Positions 46,262 through 55,991 of a stretch of DNA of 64,000 bases are shown piece after piece (position 1 is the stretch's first letter; every line of letters starts with the position of its first letter). The translations under genes and the position numbers were made by a program. Below the pieces are notes generated by a model that saw nothing but the letters and a program-made list of their open reading frames with translations, was not told the DNA's origin and made no database searches. This DNA comes from Verrucomicrobiota bacterium (GTDB lineage: Bacteria > Verrucomicrobiota > Verrucomicrobiia > Limisphaerales > SXQI01), in contig JANRLX010000134.1 of NCBI GenBank assembly GCA_033762115.1, forward strand, positions 61,615 to 125,614, written 5' to 3'.

Positions 46262-49240
46262 ATGAGAGTGGTTAAGAGTGTGGCTGAGTTGCGAGAAGAG
46301 TTAATGGCTGAACCTGAAGACCGGCCCCATATCGCGGAGCATACAATTCTCCGCCGGATTGGCATAGGCGCCTATGGCGAGGTCTGGCTCGCCCGCAGCA
46401 TCACTCAACGCTTTAGGGCAGTCAAAGTGGTCTGGCGCAATCGCTTCCAGCATGAGCGGACCTTTGAGCGCGAATTCACAGGCCTTCAACGATTCGAGCC
46501 GATCTCCCGTTTGCATCCAGGGCTGGTCGATATCCTGCAGGTTGGGCGCAACGATTCCGAGGGATATTTCTATTATGTCATGGAATTGGCTGACGATGCC
46601 TCCGGGACTTTGGACGGCGGCGAATTGGCTGATTTCAGGCCATTGACACTGGCAGAGATGATTCAATCCAAAGGCCGATTGTCCGTTGCTGAATGTGCCC
46701 GGATCGGAAGCACTGTGGCAGAAGCGCTGGCCTTTCTTCATGAAAAGGGATTGGTGCATCGCGATATCAAACCATCCAACATCATCTTTGTGGAAGGACG
46801 TCCCAAACTGGCGGATGTGGGATTGGTGGCAAACCTGGGGGATGCCCGTTCTTTCGTGGGAACAGAAGGATATATTGCTCCTGAGGGACCCGGTTCTCCC
46901 CGTGCTGATCTCTACAGCTTCGGTAAAACCCTTTACGAGATGAGCACTGGCCGAAGCCGCCTCGATTTTCCTGATCTTCCCCCGCAGTTCCGCGAATCAA
47001 CTGAGGCGGAGGCATTCGCTGAAATAAATGAAATTATTTTAAGGGCCTGCGCCAGCAGTCCCGCCGAACGTCATCAATCAGCGGAGGAAATTCGCGGTGA
47101 ATTGCTGCTCCTGGACGCGGGAAAATCCATCAGGCGGTTGCGCCGCAACGAACGGCTCATCGCTCTCTGGCGTCAGATCGCACTGATTTCAACACTGCTT
47201 ATCGGGATTGGCCTGGCGGGCTTTCTGTTCGAACGAAAACGGGCGGAACTGGCCCAGGCCACTGCTGAAATGGAGGGAAAACAACGGAGGGCTCTGGAGG
47301 AAAAGGAACTCAAGGCTCGTGAGAACCTTTACGCTGCAGACATTAACCTTGCCCAGCAGGCGATCATGGCAGGAAATTACGGGCGCGCAGAAAACCTCCT
47401 TGCAAGTTATCTTCCAAAAAAAGGAGAGCATGATCTGCGCGGCCTTGAGTGGTATTTTCTCCAGGAACGGATCAGAGGCCAGAGTATCGGAATCATGCGT
47501 GGTCATGAGCAGGTGGTTTCATGGCTGGCGTTGAACCGGAAAGGCGACCGCCTTTACTCTTCCAGCTTCGATTCAACCATCCGGGAATGGCACATCCCCG
47601 AATTGCGGGAGTTGCGACGATGGTCTCTTCCCGGCAGCTATTTCATGACATTTGCCCTTGATGCCACAGATTCCTTTGTCGCCGGAGAAGGGGGCAATCG
47701 ACCGTTGACCTCCCTGCTGGAGCTTTCCACTGGAAAATGGCGAACCAATTATTTATCTGCATCACCTTCAGTCTCTTTTACTCCGGAAGGAACAGGATTG
47801 GCTCGTGGCGCCAGCACACTGATCTTCAGCACCAACGGCTACATTGAAATTCTCAACCGTGACTTAATACCGGAACGTACCTTGCCTGAGGCTGGTGGCC
47901 GACTGCGATTTTCTCCCAGGGGAAAAATTCTGGCAACAGGATCCTGGGGCAACAGTATCAAACTTTGGACCTGGCCAGCTTTGCAGCCACTCCACACATT
48001 GGCGAATGCGGGCACAGTCATGGCGATGAGTTTCTCTCCAGATGAGAATCATTTGGCCGCCGTGTCGCGGGATGGAAGGCTCATCATTTGGGAAGTCACT
48101 TCAGGCACGCTGTTGATGGAACGGTTCTCCCATAACTCCACTGTAATCTGGACTGTCGCCTACTCTCCGGATGGAAAAAAGATTGCCACCGGTGGAAGTG
48201 ACCAGACAATACGAATTTGGGACGCGCTGACCCTTGAAGAGCTGCATCTTCTGCGCGGACATGGAAGTGAAGTCTGGACAGTTCTTTGGTCTCCTGAACG
48301 CAACCAGATCTTTTCAGCTGGAAAAGACAAAACCATCCGCGTCTGGAATGTTGATCCCCCATCAACACCCGCTCCTCTGCCAAACATTGTCCAGGCATCC
48401 CTCTTTTCAATGAACGGAAAAAAAGTGGTTTCCCGTTCCCGGGAAGGGATCGCACTCATACGGGAGGTCGCAACCGGAAAAGTGCTTGCCCGATATGATG
48501 GGATTGGGGAAGTGGGGCCATTCATAGAAAATGACAGCAGCATCCTGCTTTTCACCTGGGACGGTTTGGTTGAATCACGCTCACTCATTTCGGGAGAGGT
48601 GATCGAATCAAAACGATTGATTCAGGTGCCACAGCAATACAGCCGCAGGTTGTTCAGCCCCGATGGGCGATGGTTTGCCTTTGGCCTGGAAAATGGGGAT
48701 ATTTATCTCTATGACCTGGCTTCCGGAACATCCCCCAGGCTCCTTTCTGCCCATCAGCAAATGATTGTCTCAATGGCTTTTTCCACTGACGGAGAGAAAA
48801 TGTTGAGCGGTTCCATCGATCGTACCGCGCGGCTATGGGACCTGGCTTCCGGCAAAGTCATCCATGAATTTTCCGATCATCAGATGGGCGTTGGTGCAGT
48901 GGCTTTTTCCCCAGACGGGACACTCATCGCCACAGGTAGCTGGGATGACACTGTTCATATATGGGATGCAGCGACGAACATTAAATTAATGTCCCTCAGC
49001 GGGCATGAAGGTGGGGTGCAGGCTGTTTCATTTGCTCCCGATAATCGAACGCTTTTAAGCATCAGCGGCGCAAGCGCTTTAAAATTCTGGAGTCTTCCGG
49101 CAGAGCGCGAAGCCGCGTTTGTCCAACTACCACAGGGAGTTGGACAATCATGGCTTTCCGTTTCTCACGATGGCCAATGGATCGCCGCGGTCAGCCAGGC
49201 GGAAGTGCTGACGCTCATGAATGCGCCACGCCAATTTTAA
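46262..49240 (+). CDS. Membrane Ser/Thr protein kinase with C-terminal WD40 repeats
   Basis: GIGAYG, AVK, HRDIKPSN, DVG, GTEGYIAPE; TM IALISTLLIGIGLAGFLF; multiple GH...V...FSPDG...ATG..D.T.RIWD repeats. Confidence 0.95.
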   Translation: MRVVKSVAELREELMAEPEDRPHIAEHTILRRIGIGAYGEVWLARSITQRFRAVKVVWRNRFQHERTFEREFTGLQRFEPISRLHPGLVDILQVGRNDSEGYFYYVMELADDASGTLDGGELADFRPLTLAEMIQSKGRLSVAECARIGSTVAEALAFLHEKGLVHRDIKPSNIIFVEGRPKLADVGLVANLGDARSFVGTEGYIAPEGPGSPRADLYSFGKTLYEMSTGRSRLDFPDLPPQFRESTEAEAFAEINEIILRACASSPAERHQSAEEIRGELLLLDAGKSIRRLRRNERLIALWRQIALISTLLIGIGLAGFLFERKRAELAQATAEMEGKQRRALEEKELKARENLYAADINLAQQAIMAGNYGRAENLLASYLPKKGEHDLRGLEWYFLQERIRGQSIGIMRGHEQVVSWLALNRKGDRLYSSSFDSTIREWHIPELRELRRWSLPGSYFMTFALDATDSFVAGEGGNRPLTSLLELSTGKWRTNYLSASPSVSFTPEGTGLARGASTLIFSTNGYIEILNRDLIPERTLPEAGGRLRFSPRGKILATGSWGNSIKLWTWPALQPLHTLANAGTVMAMSFSPDENHLAAVSRDGRLIIWEVTSGTLLMERFSHNSTVIWTVAYSPDGKKIATGGSDQTIRIWDALTLEELHLLRGHGSEVWTVLWSPERNQIFSAGKDKTIRVWNVDPPSTPAPLPNIVQASLFSMNGKKVVSRSREGIALIREVATGKVLARYDGIGEVGPFIENDSSILLFTWDGLVESRSLISGEVIESKRLIQVPQQYSRRLFSPDGRWFAFGLENGDIYLYDLASGTSPRLLSAHQQMIVSMAFSTDGEKMLSGSIDRTARLWDLASGKVIHEFSDHQMGVGAVAFSPDGTLIATGSWDDTVHIWDAATNIKLMSLSGHEGGVQAVSFAPDNRTLLSISGASALKFWSLPAEREAAFVQLPQGVGQSWLSVSHDGQWIAAVSQAEVLTLMNAPRQF

Positions 49241-49283
49241 CAATCTTTGTTAGATAACCTCTGTCCAAAGCGAATCCTTTATT

Positions 49284-49967
49284 ATGGACCCTGCTTCCGG
49301 TGTGGAAATGTCGAATCGCGAGCCAAGATACTTTTGTGCACCGGAATCCCTTGCCACCCGGCAGAGCCTGCTCTCCCGGATCAAGGATCATCAGGACCAT
49401 GAAGGTTGGGAGGAGTTTTATAATCTTTACGGGAAGTTGATTCATTCGCTTGCTTTGCGTGCGGGTCTGTCTCCCGAAGAGGCAGATGATGTGTTGCAGG
49501 AAACATTGCTTTCGGTGGCCAGGGAAATTCCCGGCTTTCGTTATGACCCCAAAAAAGGATCATTTAAAGGATGGCTTTTTCAGATTACCCGTCGTCGAAT
49601 TGCTGATCATTGGAGGGCCAAGGCAAGACGGCAAAAAGGACGGACGGACCTTGAAAATCTGGAACAACAACCGGAAACCGGCCCCGCCGATCCCCTCTTG
49701 AACCTGTGGGAGGAGGAATGGCGCCAGAACCAGATGCAGCACGCCGTTGAAAAAGTGAAGCAAAAGGTTGCTCCAAGACAATGGCAAATGTTTGACCTGG
49801 TCACTCTCCAGGAATGGCCTACTGAAAAAGTCTCACAACTGCTCGGAGTGAATCGCGCTCAAATTTACATGGCCAAAATGAGAGTTGGACGCCTCTTGAA
49901 ACAGGAACTGCTGCATCTCACTTCGGATGGCCCGCTACCCTCCTTTAAGGGAAATTCGAAAAGCTGA
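49284..49967 (+). CDS. ECF sigma factor of the STK-associated PVC type
   Basis: TRQSLLSRIKD...WEEF, EADDVLQE, YDP.KGSFKGWL, WEEEW, VSQLLGV...IY.AK.RV. Confidence 0.9.
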   Translation: MDPASGVEMSNREPRYFCAPESLATRQSLLSRIKDHQDHEGWEEFYNLYGKLIHSLALRAGLSPEEADDVLQETLLSVAREIPGFRYDPKKGSFKGWLFQITRRRIADHWRAKARRQKGRTDLENLEQQPETGPADPLLNLWEEEWRQNQMQHAVEKVKQKVAPRQWQMFDLVTLQEWPTEKVSQLLGVNRAQIYMAKMRVGRLLKQELLHLTSDGPLPSFKGNSKS

Positions 49968-50744
49968 GCGCTCCGCTGTCTTTTGGACTGAAACATCCCA
50001 AAAAAGCTCCCTGTACTCCACACTCTCGCACAGGTGCTGAGTCGCGGTTGATTGGTCCCGCTCAATCATATAGTTCAGCTCCTTCAGGTTTTTCGACCAG
50101 GTAAACCCGTTAAAGAATTCAGCCCCCTTGAACTGTGCTTTGTAGAGCGCCGCCCGGGAGTAACAAGTCCCCAGGTATAAATGTCTGTATTCTGCCCGCG
50201 AGAATGTGTCCACTGCCGAGGTCATCATGTACATTCCAAGGTTTCTCGCGTAATAATTCAGGTCATAAAAGGAGTAGTAATAATAGGCCAGTTTTTTGGG
50301 CGCCAGGTAAAGCGTGACAGCGCCGACTTCACGGCCTGTTTTATTGTCGGTAAAAAGCAGCACATGTGAAACAACCGGCGCAGCAAACAACCGATCCAGT
50401 TTCTCATTCGTCATTATATCCTTGCCGAATTTGATGTCAGCGTAGGTCTTGAAAAATTCCCGTCGCTCCGGCGTGAATTCAAAATCCTTTCGCGGAACCA
50501 ATCGCTGCTCGATTCCTTCCCCTTTCCTCAAGATCCTTCGATTTTCTGAACTCAATTCAAACGATGCAAGGTCCACCCGGATCTGCCGGCACAAGTAGAA
50601 ACGCTCCAGGTTGTAAGCCCCGGGCAAAAACCCTTTTTCCATAATTTGCCACGGCTCTTCCCCTTCCTCCGGCAACGCCCAGATCGCATATGGAAATATG
50701 TAATGGTCGTAATCGGAATTCGCCTCTGAGAATAATAATCTCAT
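49935..50744 (-). CDS. ATE/Bpt-like aminoacyl-tRNA-dependent transferase (GNAT fold)
   Basis: SSENRRILRK; YSFYD......LG.YMM; HLYLG......LYKAQF..AE resemble ATE_N/ATE_C; ATGA overlap with alr. Confidence 0.65.
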   Translation of the reverse strand: MRLLFSEANSDYDHYIFPYAIWALPEEGEEPWQIMEKGFLPGAYNLERFYLCRQIRVDLASFELSSENRRILRKGEGIEQRLVPRKDFEFTPERREFFKTYADIKFGKDIMTNEKLDRLFAAPVVSHVLLFTDNKTGREVGAVTLYLAPKKLAYYYYSFYDLNYYARNLGMYMMTSAVDTFSRAEYRHLYLGTCYSRAALYKAQFKGAEFFNGFTWSKNLKELNYMIERDQSTATQHLCESVEYRELFWDVSVQKTAERSAFRISLKGG

Positions 50745-51895
50745 GTGTTGAGGTAAACCCGAGGCAGGCGGCCGCGCAACCCGGTTAAAACATCATAAGA
50801 CACAGAATTTTTCAGCAATGCGAGTTCATGCACACTGATTTCATCAGAACCCTGTCTGCCCATGATTACTGCTTCATCCCAACGGTTTGCCTCCGGGATG
50901 TTTGTAATGTCAACGGTGATTGCGTCCATTGAAACTCCGCCAATCAACGGGGCCCGCTTTCCCCGAATCAGCACCTCTCCCTGGTTGCGCACCCGCGGAA
51001 AGCCATCCCCATAACCAATTGGCAACACCGCAATCCGGCGCTCCTCAGTCGCTCGATAACGCATGCCATAACCCACCACATCGTCCTTTTGAAGGGTTCG
51101 AATCTGCGCGAGTTTCGTTTTGACACTCATCACAGGGCGAATCCCCTCAATCCTTCGGCAAACTTTTGAAGGATAAATCCCCAGTGGAAGCAACCCGATC
51201 CGGACAGCGTCCAGATGCGCCTGCGGCAGGTCAAGCAGCCCGCCGCTATTACAAAAATGGCGATATCTGACAGAAATGTTCTTTTGCTCAAGTAATTCAA
51301 GAACTTCCTGAAATCGGCTTAATTGCAAAAACGCAAAAGATTTGTCCAGCTCATCGGACATTGCAAAGTGACTCATCACCCCCTCAAGTCGAAGCGATTT
51401 TTGCGAACAGACAAAATCAATCAGCGCCCCAGCCTCAGTCCAACGCACTCCGAACCGGCTCATCCCTGTATCCACTTTCAGATGCACCGGTGTCGCAATA
51501 TTCTTATCCCTGGTCAGGCGGACAAGTTCCTCAGCCGATTCACGATCATTTATGCAACAAGTCAGGTTATATTGCAGGCAGTACGGCAAATCTTCATTCC
51601 GCCGTTGACCAAGCATCAGAATTGGCGATTGAATCCCGGCTTCTCGTAGTCGAATGGCTTCATCCACAGTGACCAGTGCAATGAACTTCGCGCCCGCTTG
51701 CATCGCGATTTTTGCCGCTTCAACAGCCCCGTGCGAATAGGCGTCATCCTTCAGCACGGAAATCAAATCCACTGAGCGGTCCTTGTAACCGTTGATTAAC
51801 CGGAAATTTTCGCGAAGCGCAGCAAGATCAATTTCAATCCAGCTTGCCCGAAGGAGCGGCTGATTGCCGGGTGTGTTCACAGCAGGTTCACTCAT
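50741..51895 (-). CDS. alr: Alanine racemase
   Basis: WIEIDL.AL..N, VLKDDAYSHG (PLP Lys), HLKVDTGMSRFG, MSHFA, VGYG, IGYGDG, VSMD; start ATG 51895. Confidence 0.92.
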   Translation of the reverse strand: MSEPAVNTPGNQPLLRASWIEIDLAALRENFRLINGYKDRSVDLISVLKDDAYSHGAVEAAKIAMQAGAKFIALVTVDEAIRLREAGIQSPILMLGQRRNEDLPYCLQYNLTCCINDRESAEELVRLTRDKNIATPVHLKVDTGMSRFGVRWTEAGALIDFVCSQKSLRLEGVMSHFAMSDELDKSFAFLQLSRFQEVLELLEQKNISVRYRHFCNSGGLLDLPQAHLDAVRIGLLPLGIYPSKVCRRIEGIRPVMSVKTKLAQIRTLQKDDVVGYGMRYRATEERRIAVLPIGYGDGFPRVRNQGEVLIRGKRAPLIGGVSMDAITVDITNIPEANRWDEAVIMGRQGSDEISVHELALLKNSVSYDVLTGLRGRLPRVYLNT

Positions 51896-53162
51896 GGCCG
51901 GGAGGCCAGAGGGTCTGTCCCACGTCTGTCCGGTAATAACTTCCAAGGCAGCGAATTTTGGCAATGTTTCGGTAGGCACGGTCAATGGCATCCTGTAACG
52001 TTTCCGCCACCGCAATCACATCCGCGATGCGATGGCCGGTCATGAAAAGTTTTCGATCAGCATCCTGTTCCACTTCGTTCCATAAAATATCGGTGTCCGG
52101 TTCAGAAATTAAAGTCACCGGGAGGCGCGGTCCCGTTTGTTGCACATACGGATAACCAAACCCTGCCAGAGTCACTGAACAACCGTAGCGCAGATGCTCT
52201 TTCCACCGGAGATTCGGTTTCTCATTCAGGCACACACTGCGGATCACCTCCACCGGGTTTTCCAGCAATTGCAAAATCATCGGCCCGGAGGTCACTCCGA
52301 TCCGAACGTTGTATTCCAGCACCGACCATCTCCTTCCATCCCGGATGGCGGTCACCTGGACAGGCCCATGAAAATTCGTTTTCTGAAACCAGGGCAGAAG
52401 GGGCTGCAACAGCTCCCGTGCCAGCCCGTAACGATCTTCCCGGTCCAACTCGATCAGTCCCCCCAGCGGCGCTCCTGCAACAATCCCCATATTGCCATTG
52501 AACGCCCGCTTATATTCCTGGTTGGTGACGATTGAATAAATTTCACCGCCGCTGACAAACGCTATATGGCCCGCTTCCGCCCGCCCCATGTACTCCTGTA
52601 AAAAAACCCCTTCTGCATAATCCAGTCTCGGCAACCAGCTCCGGGTATCCTCAATCGATTCACACACAATCGTATGAATCGGGCTGCCGGGCGAGCAGAG
52701 CGGATTTTTGATCACGTATGGCCGGGGGTCGCCGGTCAGAATTTCTTCCGCTTCCCCCAATGTCCTTGCCAGATGAGATTGTGGAAATGGAATTCCATGC
52801 TGCTGGCAAAGCTGCCGGGCAAAATTCCGATCACGTTCCAGCAACAACGCTTCCCCTGTGGGACAAAAAATCGGGATTCCCATTTCGAGGAACTCCTTGC
52901 ACCAGGCCTGCTGGGCCCAATCAATGGATTGGACCAGAACAAAATCAGGCCGTTCCCTTTTCAACAGCTCACACGGATTGGGAACCTGCCGAAAATCAAA
53001 TACCGGCCCCTCCTGCGAGGGAGCCCATTGCGCATAGGGACGAGTCAGGTAACTGCTGACAGAAGCTCCCGAACGGCGTAAAACCCTCAACGTTCCCTGT
53101 GTAAACGCGCCGACGCCAAACGCCATGACTCGTGCATGTTGACCGGCTGCCATTTCGATCAT
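51888..53162 (-). CDS. Divergent PurD (GARS)-fold ATP-grasp ligase
   Basis: LE.DR.FAR, PYVIK, FLQEYM, EYKR, LEYNVR, and GARS_C-like GHRI..V.AV..TL.DAI.RAY....I......YRTDVG; the GxGGREHA and GPNTGGMG motifs are absent. Confidence 0.75.
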   Translation of the reverse strand: MIEMAAGQHARVMAFGVGAFTQGTLRVLRRSGASVSSYLTRPYAQWAPSQEGPVFDFRQVPNPCELLKRERPDFVLVQSIDWAQQAWCKEFLEMGIPIFCPTGEALLLERDRNFARQLCQQHGIPFPQSHLARTLGEAEEILTGDPRPYVIKNPLCSPGSPIHTIVCESIEDTRSWLPRLDYAEGVFLQEYMGRAEAGHIAFVSGGEIYSIVTNQEYKRAFNGNMGIVAGAPLGGLIELDREDRYGLARELLQPLLPWFQKTNFHGPVQVTAIRDGRRWSVLEYNVRIGVTSGPMILQLLENPVEVIRSVCLNEKPNLRWKEHLRYGCSVTLAGFGYPYVQQTGPRLPVTLISEPDTDILWNEVEQDADRKLFMTGHRIADVIAVAETLQDAIDRAYRNIAKIRCLGSYYRTDVGQTLWPPGHE

Positions 53163-53218
53163 TTAAGGCCTGCCTCCCGGTGAGATAAAGGATATTCCGG
53201 GAGGCCGTGTTGAATGCT

Positions 53219-54664
53219 TCAGGCGGATCCAGTGGCCGATGCAAGGTCCTGTCGCCGCTGCGCCATCGTACTGAAAAATTCATATCCCTCACGCAACCGG
53301 CGCACACACACCTCCTTGTCCTCGAGCATGGTCTTGATGATGCGCAGGATCGGTTTTGGGCGCAGATAATAACGACGGTAAAATTTCTCCACCGCCTCAA
53401 AAATTTCCTCCTTGCTCAAACCGGGGTATTCCAACGTCGACTGCTGAAGCCCATCGTCATGAATGATATCGGTTTTGTCCTTCTTCGCGAACCAGCCGTT
53501 CTGACGGGCCATTTCATAAAGCTCAGTGCCAGGGTAGGGCGCGGCCAGCGAAACCTGGATGCTGAAAACATCCAGCTCCATCGCGTAACGAATCGTTTCC
53601 TCGATACTCTCTTTAGTCTCCACCGGCAAACCAAGGATGAACGTCCCATGAATAATCACCCCAAGCTCCTTGCAGGCTTTCGTAAACCGTTTGGCTTCCT
53701 CGATGTTGATGCCTTTTTTGATCCGGTCGAGAATTGTCTGGTTCCCCGATTCATAACCAACGAGGAACAAACGCAACCCGCAATCTTTCATCAATTTGAT
53801 CGTCTCATAATTGACGTTTGCCCGGCTGTTGCACGACCAGGTCATCCCCAGCGGTTTCAGTTTTTGGGCGATCTCACGGGCCCGAGGGAGATTGGCGGTA
53901 AACGTGTCATCATCAAAAAAGAATTCCTGCACCTGCGGGAAAAGCTTTTTCGCATGGGCCATTTCCGCTGCCACATTCTCGGCGGAACGCACCCGGTACT
54001 TATGCCCGCCAATCGTTTGGGGCCATAAGCAGAAAGTGCATTGGGCCGGACAGCCGCGCCCTGTATACAGCGAGACATACGGCTCCTTGAGATACCCAAT
54101 CGAATATTTTTCGATCTCCAGGTCCCGCTTGTAAACATCCACCACCCACGGAAGCGCATCCATGTTCTGGATCAATTCCCGCTCCGGGGTATGCAAAATT
54201 TTTCCTTCCTTGCGATAAGATAACCCGGCCACCTCGTTTAAAGGCCGCCCTTCCGCGACCTCCTTGCAGGTAAAATCAAATTCTTTCCGCCCAACCCAGT
54301 CGATTGACTCGGAGGCTTTTAAAGTTTCCGATGGAAGCACCGCTGCGTGCGCGCCCACAAACCCGATCGTTGTCCCGGGCTTTTGTGATTTGATCGCTTC
54401 AGCCACCTTGCAATCATTTTTTAATGAAGGCGTTGAAGTATGGATGATGACATGGTCATAGTTTTTTGCCTCGGCCAGGCAGGTTTTCACGTCAATATCA
54501 TGCGGCGGGCAATCCATCAGCTTGCTGTCCGGAACCAACGCCGCTGGCTGCGCAAGCCAGGTGGGATACCAAAAGGAACGAATTTCCCGCTTGGCCTGAT
54601 AACGGGCGCCTGCGCCACCATCGAACCCATCAAATGAGGGGGGAGAAAGAAAAAGCGTCTTCAT
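53219..54664 (-). CDS. hpnJ: Hopanoid biosynthesis-associated radical SAM protein HpnJ
   Basis: Characteristic N-terminus MKTLFL.PPSFDGFDGGAG.RYQAKREI.SFWYPTWLAQPAA; CPAQCTFC radical SAM motif; FFFDDDTFT. Confidence 0.93.
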   Translation of the reverse strand: MKTLFLSPPSFDGFDGGAGARYQAKREIRSFWYPTWLAQPAALVPDSKLMDCPPHDIDVKTCLAEAKNYDHVIIHTSTPSLKNDCKVAEAIKSQKPGTTIGFVGAHAAVLPSETLKASESIDWVGRKEFDFTCKEVAEGRPLNEVAGLSYRKEGKILHTPERELIQNMDALPWVVDVYKRDLEIEKYSIGYLKEPYVSLYTGRGCPAQCTFCLWPQTIGGHKYRVRSAENVAAEMAHAKKLFPQVQEFFFDDDTFTANLPRAREIAQKLKPLGMTWSCNSRANVNYETIKLMKDCGLRLFLVGYESGNQTILDRIKKGINIEEAKRFTKACKELGVIIHGTFILGLPVETKESIEETIRYAMELDVFSIQVSLAAPYPGTELYEMARQNGWFAKKDKTDIIHDDGLQQSTLEYPGLSKEEIFEAVEKFYRRYYLRPKPILRIIKTMLEDKEVCVRRLREGYEFFSTMAQRRQDLASATGSA

Positions 54665-54785
54665 TAAAAATACGGAATGGAGGTTACCATAATTCCAGCA
54701 TGGAAAGGCAATGCCGAAATTTGGGCCTGATTCAAAAAATCCACCTGACGGGAACCTCAGGGCAGTGCATTCTCAGGTCACCTCA

Positions 54786-55610
54786 ATGAAACTAGGAATC
54801 ATCAACAGCGCCTTTCAACAGGTCGGGATTGATACCGCCACAGGACTTAAGCACATCTCCCGCATGGGGTTTGATTGCGTGGATATTTTCACGGAAGCCA
54901 TCGGTATCTCCAAAAAAGAGATTGCCCTCGTCCGGAAAGCTTCCGAACGGCTAAGCCTGCCCATTATCAGTCTGCCCGTCGTTGCCGTGGGCTTGGTTGA
55001 TTTCAACGATCCCGTCCGCGATTTCCATGTCGAACGCTGCAAACGCTTCATTGATCTCGCCTCCGAATGGAACGCCCGGAACATCCTTCTTGTCCTGGGG
55101 GAATACATTTGGCAACGGGAAGTCATTCCTCCAGCCGCTCAATGGAACTGGGGAATTCAAACCTGCCGAATTCTTGGTGACTACGCGGCAAAAAAGAAAA
55201 TCGATCTCGCCCTCGAGCTGGAGCCGTTTCGACTAAGTCTGCTTAACAGTATCGATTCCATGGTTCGCTTTGTCGATGAGTGTGACCATTCCCATGTTCG
55301 CGCCAATATTGATATCAGCCACCTCGTCCTGAGTGATACCGGGCCGGAGCAGGTCTTCAAACTCAAGGGCAAAGCCATTCATGTGCATCTGAGTGATTGT
55401 GATGGCAAGGTCCATGGCGATTTGCCCCCAGGGCGCGGAGTGGTGAAATTTGCCCCTTACCTTCAGGCTATCAAGGAGCTGGAAATGAAGGACTCCGTAG
55501 TCAGCATCGAGCTGGAGTATTCACCAGAACCCGCCCGGATTGTTGAATGGGTGGAAGAGGCATATCGCGAAACCGATCGTTTAATGCAGATGATGCAGTT
55601 GCGGGAATGA
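54786..55610 (+). CDS. Sugar phosphate isomerase/epimerase (xylose isomerase-like TIM barrel, D-psicose/D-tagatose 3-epimerase-like)
   Basis: Metal ligands in LELEP, NIDISH, HVHLSD and SIELE; PGRG.V.F; start ATG 54786. Confidence 0.88.
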   Translation: MKLGIINSAFQQVGIDTATGLKHISRMGFDCVDIFTEAIGISKKEIALVRKASERLSLPIISLPVVAVGLVDFNDPVRDFHVERCKRFIDLASEWNARNILLVLGEYIWQREVIPPAAQWNWGIQTCRILGDYAAKKKIDLALELEPFRLSLLNSIDSMVRFVDECDHSHVRANIDISHLVLSDTGPEQVFKLKGKAIHVHLSDCDGKVHGDLPPGRGVVKFAPYLQAIKELEMKDSVVSIELEYSPEPARIVEWVEEAYRETDRLMQMMQLRE

Positions 55611-55613
55611 TCA

Positions 55614-55991
55614 TCACTCCGCGGGCATCTGGCACTCAAAGTTACGGGCAAAAGCAAACTCCTTCACAATCCGCCCCTGGATCAGATGTTCCTGGATGAT
55701 TCGTTCAAGGGTCTCACAATTGCACGAATGATACCAGACCGCTTCGGGGTAAACCACAGCGATTGGCCCCTGTTCACACACACGAAGGCAATTGGCCTTG
55801 GTTCGATACACCAGCGGCCTGGGTCCGGCCAAACCCAGTTCCTTCAGTCGCGATTTGAGAAACTCCCACGATTTTAACCCTGCCTCCTTCGAACAACACT
55901 TGGCTTCGGTCTGGTCTGCGCAGAGAAAAATGTGCCGTTGATACAGCTCAAGCCCAAGGCTTTGCGTATAGGTTCGAAGTGAAGCACTCAT
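55614..55991 (-). CDS. Thioredoxin-like (2Fe-2S) ferredoxin
   Basis: HIFLC......KCC, RTKANCLRVCEQGPIAVVYPE.VWY, IIQEHL..G. Confidence 0.92.
   Translation of the reverse strand: MSASLRTYTQSLGLELYQRHIFLCADQTEAKCCSKEAGLKSWEFLKSRLKELGLAGPRPLVYRTKANCLRVCEQGPIAVVYPEAVWYHSCNCETLERIIQEHLIQGRIVKEFAFARNFECQMPAE

Noticed and set aside
48713..48851. Repeated GACCTGGCTTCCGG
   Set aside because: Two copies encoding DLASG in WD40 repeats; not a CRISPR or mobile-element repeat.
51888..53162. Annotation as canonical purD
   Set aside because: The GxGGREHA and GPNTGGMG motifs are missing and the neighbours are not purine genes; kept as PurD-like.
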